DNA from: Octopus vulgaris
Taxonomy: Eukaryota
Direction of reading: 5' to 3'
DNA: 64,000 bases
Assembly (NCBI GenBank): GCA_951406725.2
Contig: CATOCA020000001.1
Span: forward strand, 5,766,001-5,830,000
The notes under the pieces are model-generated. The model was not told the origin of the DNA and did not search any database. It saw only the letters and a list, made by a program, of their open reading frames with translations. The position numbers and the translations under genes were made by a program. Below, piece after piece: positions 36,343 to 49,437 of the stretch (positions are counted from its first letter, which is position 1; the number at the start of each line of letters is the position of its first letter).

Positions 36343-37855
36343 TGGTGATGGTGTCACAATAAAAACACTGGTAATTGCGCAACCTGATAATCGCTACCTC
36401 ATATATGTTACAATGAAAAAACAAAATATTGTGAATAACGGTGGTAATGAAACTGAAGCCAATGATTGTGACAGTGTTACACCCGGTAGGCTCAGAGATT
36501 CTGGTCCGGCTCCAGCCCGCCCATATCCAGAAAGGGACTACCACACACGGCGTAGATGGAGGAAGCAAATTAATGCTGTGGTCATGGAGTGTTAGTACCT
36601 GAGCAGCGCGGTAGATGAAAATGGTGCTCAAACTAGGGGTTACTCATAATGTATGTATGATCCTGGGAGAGAAAAGGGATTGATTCAACTCCCGGAAAAG
36701 AGTATATGTGGTCAAGCTAGAGCAATAAGATAAAACTTGTTGGTTCACAGAAGTAGAGCTCGAAGCTATCAAAAGACGGGTCATGGAATATAGTAGCAGA
36801 GATAACAAGGAAAATACAGTTCTTAATAATAAGAGTAAATTCATAGCACAGGAAAGGAGCAGTGGTAGTCTACTTGATAAGAGACATATAGACGATCTAA
36901 AAGAAGACAATAAAACTAATGGCGACATGACAGATGAACAGATCTACGACAGAATGAAGGTAAGACTACAGGAGAATGATATAGCGACATTATTTGCTAA
37001 AAAGGTTGATCGATGGAAATTGAACCAAGAAACGAAAAATGTCAATGAAATTCAGAAATACATCAAAACAAACAACATCACAGAATAAAATAATTTGATC
37101 AACGCAGCAAGTATTGTTGTAGCAGAAAACTTGGGCGTTGATGTCAAGAAAAAAACAACATAATGGGAATGGCAAAAGAAAAGATCCATGGTGGTAAAGA
37201 AGAACACAGACAGGGTCAGACTTGCTCTCGAAGGAAATCTCTGTGGTAGACCGAAAAGAGAAAGGGGGTTTCAAAGAAAACAAAAATACAGGGCGATTTA
37301 AAGAAAGTATAATATTGAAAGAAATGGCCTGAAAGTAGTAATCGAGGGACTGAAACAGCGCCTCGTTGCAAAGAAAGCAAAGATGGTAAGATACGACCAA
37401 AGAATTTGGATAGTAGTCTGTCTAAAAGAAGCAGAACTAGTCATTTCAGTTAAGGAAGTGAAGGAAATCAGCAAAACAATGAGCAACTGGAAGGCCCCGG
37501 GACCAAGGCTACTGGATCAAAAAATTTGGTGAATGTCATGCACGAATAGCTGCGAAACTGAACACCTTGTTAAATGCCGACCAAGTAATATCAGAGAGGT
37601 TGGCATTGAGTAGGACAGTGCTGTGCCTGAAAAAAACATGGAAAAAGGCAATACGGTAGACAATTACAGGCCGATATCCTGTTTGCCACTTATGTGGAAA
37701 TTATTGACTGGAATACTCGCAATGTCCGAACATCTGGAAAAAAGGGAGTCCTGCCACATGAGCAGAAAGGTTGCAAGCGTAAGTGCAGAAGTACCAAGGA
37801 TCAATTCCTGATAGACTAAATTGTACTTAGAGACTGCAGGAGGAGGAAAACTAGT
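36341..37855 (+). mobile_element. Degenerate Dong/R4-clade non-LTR retrotransposon, 5' half
   Basis: [31 protein letters not shown] and EQKGCK...STKDQ.LID motifs. Begins immediately after (AAT)n and breaks off at the Gypsy remnant. Confidence 0.78.
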
Positions 37856-39110
37856 CATGGTAGTATTTCTGATTATTGTGGGTTAGTGAAACCGTGCAGT
37901 ATCCCTTGGATTCCGCAGAAAGTGATGCAGAAGCCATACCAATGACGCTCTTCAATTTGACCGTGATAATGTCGAGTGTGTTCTCTAGCTTCTCACTAAT
38001 GAAGCTCTTGTCAGTGCTACCGCCATCAATTAATGCTTCGGCTTTATAGCTATTGTTCAGTATAACCTTGGAGGTTACTCGGAAGTGTGAACCTGCTGAT
38101 GCTGATACTGCCAATGGCAAATAATTTTTACCATCATCCTATGTTACAGTTGCTGCGGTGCTCCTACATAGTTTTCCAAAATGCCCTATTTTGGGCATTT
38201 GTGACTGCTTTCTGCGCAGGGCAGTGAGTCCGCGGATGTCCGGAATAGCCACAAAGCCAACATTGACAGGGGTCTCCTCCCTGCTTTGGGGAATTTATTG
38301 GCTTAGCTACAATGGATGCAGTTGGACTGAATTTGGCACCCTCAGAGTTTAGAAAGACACAGGAACTCTGTTACGCCACATCTAGGGAACGTGCTTGATC
38401 ATAAGCTGTACTGAGGTCGACACTTTTGTTTTCTAATAGTCTTTGTCGTATTTGATTCGAAGTGAGCCCATTTATAAACACATCTCGAATCATTTCAGAC
38501 CGGTACTACTCAGCACTCACTGCAACAAAGTCACAGTCTTTCGCTAATATTTTGAGTTCATTTAAGAACTGGTCTAGAGATTCTCCTAGTTTCTGTTTCC
38601 TTGTGGCTAAAAGATGGCGTGCCATTACGATGTTCTTTGGTTTAATGTACACACTCTTTAGTGTATTCACAGCTTCTTCGTAGTTCTTAGCTTCACTGAT
38701 GAATTCGTATACGTTCGGTTCCACATAATTAATCAAAAGATTGCGTTTATCGATAACCCTACCTTCCTGCCCTGGTAGTGAGTCTATAAAGTTGGTGAAA
38801 GTTCTAAACCAGTGATTAAAAACTTTATCAGCATTTATAGAATTTCAGTTTGTATTCAGTCTGTCAGATTTCAAGTATCTTTCCATATCGTTCGCGTCTT
38901 TTCGCAAGTTTCTTTCTGCAACGTTTCCCAGTTGTGTATTTTCAAAAATTAGTTTCTTTAATTGTAATGTATAACCAGTAAATCCTGGTTCAAAGAAAGT
39001 AATTTTTAGTCATGGGCCTGTACCTTATTCCGAAAGGCCGTTCTCTGTTTTCCTCTTCCTGTCAAATGCGTATGCTCTTTATATCAACGTTGTTTGCATA
39101 ACATTCTACA
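37856..39110 (-). mobile_element. Ty3/Gypsy LTR retrotransposon remnant (gag, aspartic protease, candidate short LTR 38963-39110)
   Basis: Gag-like ARHLLATRKQKLGESLDQFLNELKILAKDCDF and protease-like ALIDGGST. A TGTA...TACA-bounded 148 bp segment lies upstream of gag. Confidence 0.75.
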
Positions 39111-39129
39111 TCTTACTAGTATCAGTTTA

Positions 39130-39297
39130 GACGCTGAGAATTTCGACCCCAGTATGCAACTGGTACTTAATTTATCGACCACGGCAGGATGAAAGGCAAA
39201 GTTGACCTCGGCTGAATTTAAACTCAGAATGTAAAGACAAACGAAATATCGCTAAGCATTTCGCCCGACGTGCTAACGTTTCTGCTTGCTCGCCGCC
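39130..39297 (-). mobile_element. Second tRNA-derived SINE family (Meta-domain-like core)
   Basis: Reverse strand reads GGCGGCGAGC...AGCCGAGGTCAACTTTGCCTTTCATCC...GTCGATAAATTAAGTACCAG. Related fragments near 7230-7330 and 51460-51550. Confidence 0.65.
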
Positions 39298-39772
39298 CTC
39301 TGTTGTTAATGATATTAATAAGGTAATAATAAGGTGGCTAGCAAGTTCACACGGTTACTGGCACATTATAAGCTAAATTTAGATTCAGTAGGGTATATAA
39401 TACCACTTGCTAAAATCAGAGCCAAAGCTCCAAAACCATCGGAATCTCACAATATATATGTATTGTGGTATTTCGGTCATTCTTGCCAAATAAACATATG
39501 CTCTATATATTCGTTCTCTTTACTCGTTTATTAATGTTCTTATTTTAACTCATGTCCCTTGTCAGGAAATCCTTCGTCACACATCTGTGGCCTCCATGTG
39601 TGCTCCCATGTGTCCCCCATGTGTGCTCCTTTTCTGCTCATTCCGTGGAGTGAAGAACGAATAAATAGTTCGACTGTTTAATTAGCCCCTAAAATATAAT
39701 AATGACCATCCCGAAATACAACAATACCTGTTTCAAACTCATGGTTTCAAACCAGGAATCTTGCAACACATG

Positions 39773-39821
<49 letters not shown>

Positions 39822-39824
<3 letters not shown>

Positions 39825-40555
39825 GGTCCCGGGTTGATTCGGGGTTAACCACAGTAAATAAGGTACTCAATACATAGCAGAGTAAAATTAATTTATTATA
39901 TAGAAGGAGCTTCTACAGGACTAGAACTGTTTCATTCAAGAGAAATCTTCAGGAAGCTAGTTAACAAGAATTGTATTGGCATTTATACATTTAGGCAGGT
40001 TTAAAGGGGTGTTGGTGGGGGACTTTTTGGGGGTAGGCATAGCGCAAAATATCATACTTGGGGGAGTGGTCAAGGAGTCAGTGTTAAATTAGATAGAAGA
40101 ATAAATAAAAAAATAAAAAAATAAAAAAATATATGTATAAAAAAAAAGGGGAATAGAGTTTTAGGTAAGTAAGGAGATTCTCACTTATACCTATGCACAT
40201 ATGTGTACATATATACACACACACATATACAAACATATATACATATACATACACACATACATACACACACATATATATACATATATATACACTTACACAT
40301 ACATATACATATCTACACATACACATATATGTATACATACACACACTCACATGCATACACTTATACACACATGTATATATACACACACGACCACACATAC
40401 ATATACACACATAAAGATATATATATATACACATACACACACATACTCACATACACGCATACACACACATATATCCACACACACACATGCACACACAGCA
40501 CACTAGTCCCTATATACACATATATACACATACACACATATACACACACATACAT

Positions 40556-40611
<56 letters not shown>

Positions 40612-40922
40612 GTGTACCTATGCATACCTACACATACACACATATATATACACATACAAATACAGACCCATTCCCTAATTTTAATTTTATTATCTTCATT
40701 TATTACTTTTGTTATCTTTGGCCGCTTGGTCACAAACATCTTGGCTATGACAGCCAGTCCATTTATCTGTCTACTGGAAAACAAGCACTCATTCACTCAC
40801 GCACACTCTTTAGCACGTACACTCACTCATTCGTACATTCATACACATACACGCACGCACGCGTTATATTCATACATACATACATCTACATACATTCACG
40901 TATATACACATACGTACGCGTA

Positions 40923-40925
<3 letters not shown>
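39822..40925 (-). mobile_element. Non-coding hammerhead-bearing repeat (Penelope pLTR/retrozyme-like), copy 1
   Basis: Direct repeat of 61334-62700 starting TGTAGGTCCCGGGTTGATTCGGGG. Flanked by (TA)n; no credible ORF. Confidence 0.7.
39908..39958 (-). ncRNA. Type I hammerhead ribozyme motif
   Basis: Minus strand: AGCTTC CTGAAGA tTTCtcttGAAt GAA ACAG ttctagtc CTGT A GAAGCT. Stem I 6 bp, CUGANGA core, weak stem II, GAAA, stem III 4 bp, GUA cleavage triplet. Confidence 0.7.
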
Positions 40926-40971
<46 letters not shown>

Positions 40972-41065
40972 AAATATTAGGGAATAAATCCAAACTTACA
41001 GGGAAAAATCAGATTTAGGATTAAATCCAATTTCATAGTATAAATATATTATATCATATTATATT

Positions 41066-41426
41066 AAATTAGAGATAAAACCACTATTAGGCAAATCAAA
41101 CAATGAAAAACATAAGCCAATACATAACATTAATTAATTTATATTATAATAAAAATATATCAACAGTATTAAAAGTATAATAAAAGATAGTGAGAATCAG
41201 AATCGAAATCGATCAATGGAAATTGCAGCTGAGATACCAGTGCCGGTGGCACGTAAGAGAATCATCCGAATGTCGCCGTTGCCAGCGCCACCCCGACTGG
41301 CCTCGTTATCTTTTATTAAACTTTTAATACTTTTGATATATTTAAAAAATAATATTAATTAATTAATTTTATGTATTGGCTTATGTTTTTCATTGTTTGA
41401 TTTGCCTAATAGTGGTTTTATCTATA

Positions 41427-41432
<6 letters not shown>
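41066..41432. repeat. Inverted repeat, ~125 bp arms (41066-41189 / 41306-41432), GC-richer loop
   Basis: GATAAAACCACTATTAGGCAAATCAAACAATGAAAAACATAAGCCAATACATAA and its reverse complement. Confidence 0.9.
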
Positions 41433-41462
<30 letters not shown>

Positions 41463-41466
<4 letters not shown>

Positions 41467-41682
41467 TATAATTAAGAGCTAAAGAAGATTATTCTAAAGC
41501 CAATACACTGATTTATCCACTTATATTCCGAAATTGATTCAATATAGAGATAACGAAATTAAAATTTTCTAAAGGTTAGTTGCCCGTTTTCAGTTTCAAT
41601 TTTCCTGTAACAAGTGGATTATAAGTGGATAAATCAGTGTATTGGCTTTAGAATAATCTTATTTAGCCCTTAATTATATGAT
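41463..41682. repeat. Inverted repeat, ~62 bp near-perfect arms (41463-41525 / 41620-41682)
   Basis: AAGATTATTCTAAAGCCAATACACTGATTTATCCACTTATA and its reverse complement. Confidence 0.9.
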
Positions 41683-42695
41683 GTTTATACTTCAACCGTA
41701 ACGGTTTTTTTAATATACTCCCACGCTTTCTGATGGATTCCTTTTCTGTAGAGAAAGGGACTCCATCCTATATTGTTAGTAGTATATATATATATAACAG
41801 TTTGGCGATCTCGGTTGGGACAAATGCTACTACCGTTTAGCCCCAGGAGACAACATCTCCTGCTGGCTAAACGTCATACAATCTGTCCTTGTATTTTCGA
41901 AAATACTGTGTAATTAGATGAATATTGTGACTAAATTCCATCAGATAGCTTTTCTACAGATATAAGCAAACTATACCTTATATTATATCCTGGAAATATT
42001 AATGATATATAAAATACTCTCTGAAAATAAAACGAATTTCCATATAAAAGTATGTTTGCGTTGGAAATTGTTATAATGAAACTTTGACAATATTAAAGAG
42101 TAAGAAAATATTGTGTTAATTAAAAGCAATAGAAGAAGAATATCTACCTGAATAATAAATTTTTTTCAGTTGGAATCTGAAGAGTTTTTCTGTCAGGAAT
42201 ATCTTCCACGTTCAGTGAGTTCAAAGAACAGCAAACGAATAAAGAAATGTGTTGAATTTTGTCTATTTATATTGATGTTATGAGACTTGGAGACGTTAAC
42301 TTTTGAGATAAGAGTTTGTGTGTGCGTGTGTCTATTTCGGGATAAGAATATTATGTGTATATGTGATGCTACGAATGTATGTATATGTGTCTATGCATGT
42401 GCGCGTGTGTGTGTGTGTGTGTGTGTTATAAACCCTACACATAATCCGTTCTGTTATTTAATCACATCGACAAATGCTAAATCCTGACAACAGTTATAGC
42501 AGTAAACGTTCTGTGTGTGTGTCTGTGTATTATATCTATATGTGTGCACGCATATATTTATGTATATGTGTGTTTCTAGGCATGCCATGTTCTCACTGCA
42601 GGTAAATAAAGGAAAATACTTGGATACGCACATACACACACATATTTATATGTACATATGCAGATACCATATATATAATGTATAGCATAATACAC

Positions 42696-42736
<41 letters not shown>

Positions 42737-42783
42737 TTTGTATATATGTATGTATGTATATATACTTATATATATTTATATAC

Positions 42784-43275
42784 AGGCGCAGGAGTGTCTG
42801 TGTGATACGTAGCTTACTTAGGAAGCACATGTTTCCTGGTTCAGTCCCACTGCGTGACACCTTGGGCAAGTGTCTTCTACTACAACCTCTGTCTGACCAA
42901 AAACTTCTGAGTGGATTTGGTAGATGGAAACTGAAAGAAAACTGTCGTATATATATATATATATATATATACATACGGCAGGTTTCTTTCAGTTTCCATT
43001 CAAATCCACTCACATATATATATATATATATGCGTGTGTGTGTGTGAGTGTGTGTGTCTGTGTGTGTGTGTGAGTGTGCATGTGTGTGTGTATGTTTGTG
43101 TGTGTATATTTGTCCTCCCAACATCGTGTGGAAACCGATGTTCGTGGGTCCTGGTAACATAGCGGTCCGTCAAAAGACACCCATAGAATAAGTACTAGGC
43201 TTACAAATAGTAAGTTCTGTGGTCGATTTGTTCGACTGAAGGCGGTGCTCCAGCATGGCTGCAGTCAAATGACTG
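42784..43275 (+). mobile_element. tRNA-derived SINE
   Basis: AGGCGCAGGAGTG head, CCTTGGGCAAGTG core, GCTCCAGCATGG tail. Confidence 0.8.
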
Positions 43276-43360
43276 AAACAAATAAAAGAATAATAGAATA
43301 CATACACACACACACGTACATGCATATATATATGTGTATGCATATATATATTTACGTGTA

Positions 43361-43431
<71 letters not shown>

Positions 43432-43527
43432 TAATACTTTGAGGAAATATTATTCCTAACTTACAGGGGAAAATTCAATTTAGAAATACTAAATCAAATT
43501 TCACAAAATATAATTTAATATAATATA

Positions 43528-43596
<69 letters not shown>

Positions 43597-43598
<2 letters not shown>

Positions 43599-44000
43599 GC
43601 GCAGGAGTGGCTGTGTGGTAAGTAGCTTGCTTACCAACCACTAGGTTCCGGGTTCATTCCCACTGCGTGGACCCTTGGGCAAGTGTCTTCTACTATAGCC
43701 TCGGGCCGACCTAAGCCTTGTGAGTGGATTTGGTAGACGGAAACTGGAAGAAGCCCGTCTTATATATGTATATATATGTATGTATGTATATGTTTGTGTG
43801 TCTGCTTTTGTCACTCCACCATTGCTTGACAACCGATGGTGGTGTGTTTACGTCCCGTATCTTAGCGGTTCAGCAAAAGAGACCGATAGAATAAGTACTG
43901 GGCTTACAAAGAATAAGTCCCGGGGTCGAATTGCTCGACTAAAGGTGATGCTCCAGCATGGCCGCAGTCAAATGACTGAAACAAGTAAAAAAGTAAAAGA
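43597..44000 (+). mobile_element. tRNA-derived SINE, well preserved
   Basis: Same family head and tail; inserted in (TA)n. Confidence 0.85.
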
Positions 44001-44825
44001 GTATATATATATACATATATATATATATATGTTTGTATGTATGTATGTATGTATGTATGTCGACCACAATATACAATTTAATTTAGATTGGTTGATTCTC
44101 TCAATTTCGATCCCTTTTGATAAAGACAAGGAATTCTGTCTTCTCAGTAATTCAGAACTATTGTTTATTTTTTCTAGAACTTCCCTTGTACACTCGGTTA
44201 CAGACCGTGTATACCGATGTTGGTAGTGTGTTTATATATGTGCATGTGTGCCTTTCTTTATATACATATATATATACATACCTATACATGTCTATGTATG
44301 TATATAAATTTATATGGTATTTGAGTGTATATACATATATACATATTTACATACACACACACATAGGTAGATAGATAGATAGATGTCGGAAGGTAGATAC
44401 ATAAATAAATTCATGTGAATACATATATATATATATATGCTCCACACAAAGGGTTTCATTCAGTTTCTATCTACCAATCGGCACAGACGGCTGTAGTTGG
44501 CCACAACTATAATGGAAGAGAATTGCCAAATGTGGGGTTGAACCAGGAATCATTTGGTTGTGAAACCAACTTCTTACCACACCGACACATTTGGAAGCAC
44601 ATAATCGTTGATCGAGCAGACATGATCACAAGCATTCCATCCACGACCATCTTGATGATTTACATGCATTTAGAATTACACTATGTAATCTGTCATACGA
44701 TATATGACAAAGGTGAGATTTGGGCTAAAATTTGGCTGCTATTTCTTGTAGATCAAATGAACCCCACAAATCCAATCGTTACATGCTTCTGTGTATGTCT
44801 GTGTGTGTGCATGTATGCCCATGTA

Positions 44826-44867
<42 letters not shown>

Positions 44868-45409
44868 CCGTGTGTGTGTCCTGTTCTGCTTGTAAGTAAA
44901 GCCTTTTGTCAGCGTTGTAAATTTAATCTCGTATTTTATCTGGAAATTAGGTCGAGTGTTTATGACATTCCTCTTGTGTTGCATGGCTGCCATGGTATAT
45001 ACAAGCTTGGAAGGCCATTGCCGCTCCTAACAGAAGTCATTATGTAAATAATGTCAGTAGAAAGAAGATAAGATAATTCAATATTTGAAGTGGTGTGCAA
45101 AGTTGTTTGAATATCAGTGGCTTATTTGGTCCACGTGAGTTCAATTCCTTGTAAAGCATTGTGTCCTTGAGTAAGACTCTTTATTTCCCGTTGCTCCAGT
45201 TCAATCTGGTGGTAAAAACAAGTAGTACCTGTATTTCAAAGGGCCAGCCTTGTCCCACTCTGTGTCACGCTGATTCTCCCGCAGAATTACGTTAATTGTA
45301 CACGTTTCTGTGGAGTGTTCGGCCCCTTTGACAATAATTTCACGAGGAGGCTGTTCCGTCGATCGGACACCTTGGAACCTTTGTTATTGTAACTGAGTGT
45401 CACTGATAT

Positions 45410-48400
45410 ATATAACAAACAACAAATGCACTACGGAGGAAACAACTACCAACACAATATACCTGAGGAACTAAGACGTAACACTAGGTTCAACAACAGA
45501 CTCCAGAACAGAGCACCACAAACTCACTCTGACAATTATAACAACATGAGACAGATAAATAATAGCTTTGAACATAACTACACCAACCATTTTTTAGACC
45601 CCACACACAGGAACAGGGACACACGATGGCAAAGGACAAACAAAAGAAACCTCAGGTAATTAAGATAATCAATCTCTCAAACAAAGAACTTACACCTAAC
45701 GAAATAAGCATACTCTCCAAAGGACTTAAATTTACACCCACCCCACAACGTTCTAATTATTATGAAATGAAAGATGATATTTCGGAATTTTGCAGAAAAC
45801 TAAGACTCACCGAGGCATTTCAAGACAAACAAATAGAGGAGGACTCAATAGCTAGAAACAAGAGCAATTACACCCCCACCAAAGGTAAGAATAAAGCCTT
45901 AGACCGCTATTGTGACTACATAACTAATTTCCCGTTTCAATTCATCAAGAAACAAAAACACAGCCCTAACTTCAACAAAAGAGAATGGAACGACCTCATC
46001 AAACTAAGAGAAGACAAAACAATAACAATTAAGGAGGCAGATAAGGGCAACGCGATAGTAATAATGAATACAAACAATTATAAAAAATTAGTGCTATCCC
46101 TATTAAGAGATGAAACGTATTATGAAAGGGCCCAACAGTATAACCAGCAAAAAATAATGCATAACCTTAGGACATTAATCAACACATACCAAGAAGGACT
46201 CACGAACAAGGAGTATGAATACATCACTAACTTCAAATGCAAATCGAGTTTGTTCTATGGTATCCCTAAGGTACACAAAAGCCAAACCATTAGAGAAACG
46301 TGCAAAACATCCACCGACACACTCATCAAAATCCCTTCACCAAATGATCTTAAACTAAGACCGATAATAGCAGGGCCAGCATGTGAAACTCACCGCCTCA
46401 GCAATTTCTTAGACACACTTCTTAAACCTTTCCTAAAACACATCAAAAGCTACGTAAGAGACGATATAGATATGCTCAACCACCTCCCTAAAACAGTCAA
46501 TGAGAAAACCCTTCTAGTATCATTCATCCCTCACAACCTAGGAATAGAAGCGATCACCTTCTGGCTGAATAACTACCCCTTTGAACTCCCAACTCGCATA
46601 AACAAAGACCTTATAATAGAAGGACTTAGATTCATTTTAGAGAACAATTATTTTATTTTTGACAATGATTTCTACAGGCAAAGATCGGGAACAGCGATGG
46701 GCACGCGTACTGCACCATCTTTTGCCAACCTAGTGATGGGATACCTCGAGAAAATACTATACCGGATGACACTCGAGAAATATGGAAACACCTTCGCCAC
46801 CTATACCCATAACAACTGGAAAAGATACCTCGGTGACTGTTTCATCATCTGGGACAAAGGCATAGAGAAACTTGAGGAATTTAAAATTCTATTAAATGGA
46901 ATAAATGACAATATACAATTCACGATGGACCACAACGAAAAAGAATTACCATTTTTAGACATCCTCATTAAGAAAACCGGCAACAAGAGACAGATATCTA
47001 CTATAAACCGACAGACTCTAAACAGTACCTACCCTTTGATTCATGCCACCCACGACACACTAGAATGAATGTCCCTTTTTGTTTTGCTAGAAGGGTTTGC
47101 ACCATAATATCAGACACAAACACCCGACACACACGTCTCCAGGAACTTAGAACCACACTCACAAATAGAAACTATCCACAGCCCCTAATAGACAGTGCAA
47201 TCCAACGGGTACTTAAATTAAGTATAGAAGACCTGAGACAAACAAAACCAAAAAAGAAAGAACAATTAAAAACCCTTCCCTACATCTCTACACACAACCC
47301 ACTCAACAATGAGGCCTTCAACACCATACTACAAAGCACAGCCCTACTAAAGGGAGACCCAAAGATGAACCAGATCCTCGAAACACACACCATCATTAAA
47401 AGTAAACGGCAACCAAAATCCTTGAAAAGGATTTTAACCCAAGCTACACTGCACTCAACATCAACCACAAAACCAGCAGTTAGAAAATGTGGAAGGCCCA
47501 ACTGCGGAATCTGTGTCATCTTGAAAGAAGGATCAGAATTTATACTGGAACAAGGCCACCAGTTCACCATTAGAACAAACTTCACCTGCGCATCAGAAAA
47601 CTTAATTTACGTCATAACATGCGCAGGCTGCAATAGGCAGTATATAGGACATACAAAAAATAGCTTACGTAACAGGATGGCGGTGCATAAATCACAAATT
47701 AGAAACCCTGATTACCGCAAAATACCGGTCAGCGGACACATAGATAGATGTGCTGGAAATGTAAATCCGAAATTTACAACTAACCCGCTCTATAAATTCA
47801 GTGACAACGCAACCTTCACACAACGCCAAAATAAAGAACTATATTTCATAAAAAAATTTAGACCAAGTTTAAACACCCTGGGCCAGGAATACTAAAACAA
47901 AAGATAAGTCCTCCGAAAGGGAGAAGCGGGGTTCCACCACGGCCGCTGCTTCAAACAGACACTCACTCTGACGGAAATATGCCTTAGTAAAAAAGGGAAA
48001 AAATTCTTTCGTGCAAATCTGACCCTGATACATACGATACAGCTAAGGGTCAGACCCGATTCTGATTGGTCAACAAGTTGATGACGTCTAGCTCTGCTAG
48101 AATGGACAGGATACAAACAGGGGACAGTCATTAGTCAGAATATTGATGACGTCCTTTTCTGCTTGAATAGTCACCTAACAAGTACAGACAGGGGGCAGAT
48201 CTAATGTAGCTATAAGTCGTGATTGGGCAGAATCTGGATGACGTCCCGCTCTGCTTGACTAACGAAGCGACTGGTCAAAACAGGAAACAAACAAGAGGCA
48301 GATATAATGCAGCGATTGGTCAAAATAATGATGACGTCCCGTTCTACTTGACTAACGAAGCGACTGGTCAAAACAGGAAACAACCAAGAGGGAGTTATAA

Positions 48401-48962
48401 TGCAGGGATTGGTCAAAATAATGATGACGTCCCGATCTACTTGATTAAAGCCACCTAACGAAACGATTGGTCAAAACATTGATGACGTCACGCTACGCTA
48501 GATTGACCACCTAACAGGCATTATAAAACCGAGCATTTCACAAAAACTAGAACCACCCAGCGAACTTCCACCATGGGTCATCACAATTGCTTAAGGTAAA
48601 AATGAATTCCTCGCTCTTTCGGAAACATCAATCTTCTGTATTGACCGTTTCCCACCACTTTGATCTGTTTTTTGTATTGAATACGTATCGCCACCGTGGG
48701 CCACTACATCAAACACTTTGAACATATACTTCAAACTATATATCAACTATACATGAACTATATATCAACTATACATGAACTCTAAGATGTCTGACTCCGT
48801 TGTGTATTATAAATGAATTTCTTATGTTTGACGGCATGAGCTGTCTTTTTTTATATATAACTTTTTTTGATAAGGTTCATTTCAGGAACTGAAACATGTT
48901 ATAATGTATATATAAAAATTAAAAATTGTATAATACAGCAGCATTTTCGAACTTCATTTTTT

Positions 48963-48965
<3 letters not shown>
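45410..48965 (+). mobile_element. Penelope-like element (Neptune-type), RT plus GIY-YIG endonuclease, inactivated
   Basis: ORFs 45626-47068 and 47065-47895 (frameshifted): LSKGLKF, FYGIPKVHK, LRPII, GTAMG, RYLGD (YxDD mutated), LPFLD. The motif-A DVxSLYT segment is missing after LLVSF. Cys linker CGRPNCGIC; NLIYVITC..C..QYIG. Confidence 0.93.
48060..48600 (+). promoter_or_regulatory. Promoter-like 3' region of the Penelope element: ~92 bp tandem repeats with TGACGTC and ATTGG motifs, TATA box, Kozak ATG, splice donor
   Basis: Six TGACGTC sites (perfect CRE TGACGTCA at 48483-48490), several ATTGG, TATAAAA 48522-48528, CCACCATGG with ATG at 48573, AAG|GTAAA at 48596. Motif evidence only. Confidence 0.5.
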
Positions 48966-49035
<70 letters not shown>

Positions 49036-49122
49036 AATATGTATGCACACGTATATATGAGTATGTACACACACCTACACACACACCCACACACACCCAC
49101 ACACACACACACACACACACAT

Positions 49123-49172
<50 letters not shown>

Positions 49173-49396
49173 TTCTTGATCCCCCGTATTTTTCCCCATA
49201 TCTTTCTGGTGTTTCCTACTTTTTAATGATAATCATTGATTTTCGATGACGATTATGTTGAGAAAACGGAAGCATTTGATTAGTTTCAAACCAATCACAA
49301 CTCCAGACATAATCGTTGATTAAGACATTGAAAGGGATGGATTTTCAGAAGATTTATTTAAGAAATGTTTATATTAAAAAGCTTCATGAGGAACAT

Positions 49397-49434
<38 letters not shown>

Positions 49435-49437
<3 letters not shown>

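Noticed and set aside
43597-43680. tRNA gene
   Set aside because: A/B-box-like head belongs to a multi-copy SINE; no complete cloverleaf.
44951-45030. Signal-peptide-like short frame MTFLLCCMAAMVYTSLEG
   Set aside because: Stops after a few more codons, weak acceptor and no supporting homology.
45626-47895. Active Penelope element or domesticated RT
   Set aside because: Catalytic YxDD reads YLGD, the motif-A segment is deleted and there is a frameshift near 46985-47065.
48210-48500. Repeat-spacer-like array (CRISPR-like)
   Set aside because: Whole ~92 bp units repeat with no unique spacers; eukaryotic context and no cas genes.
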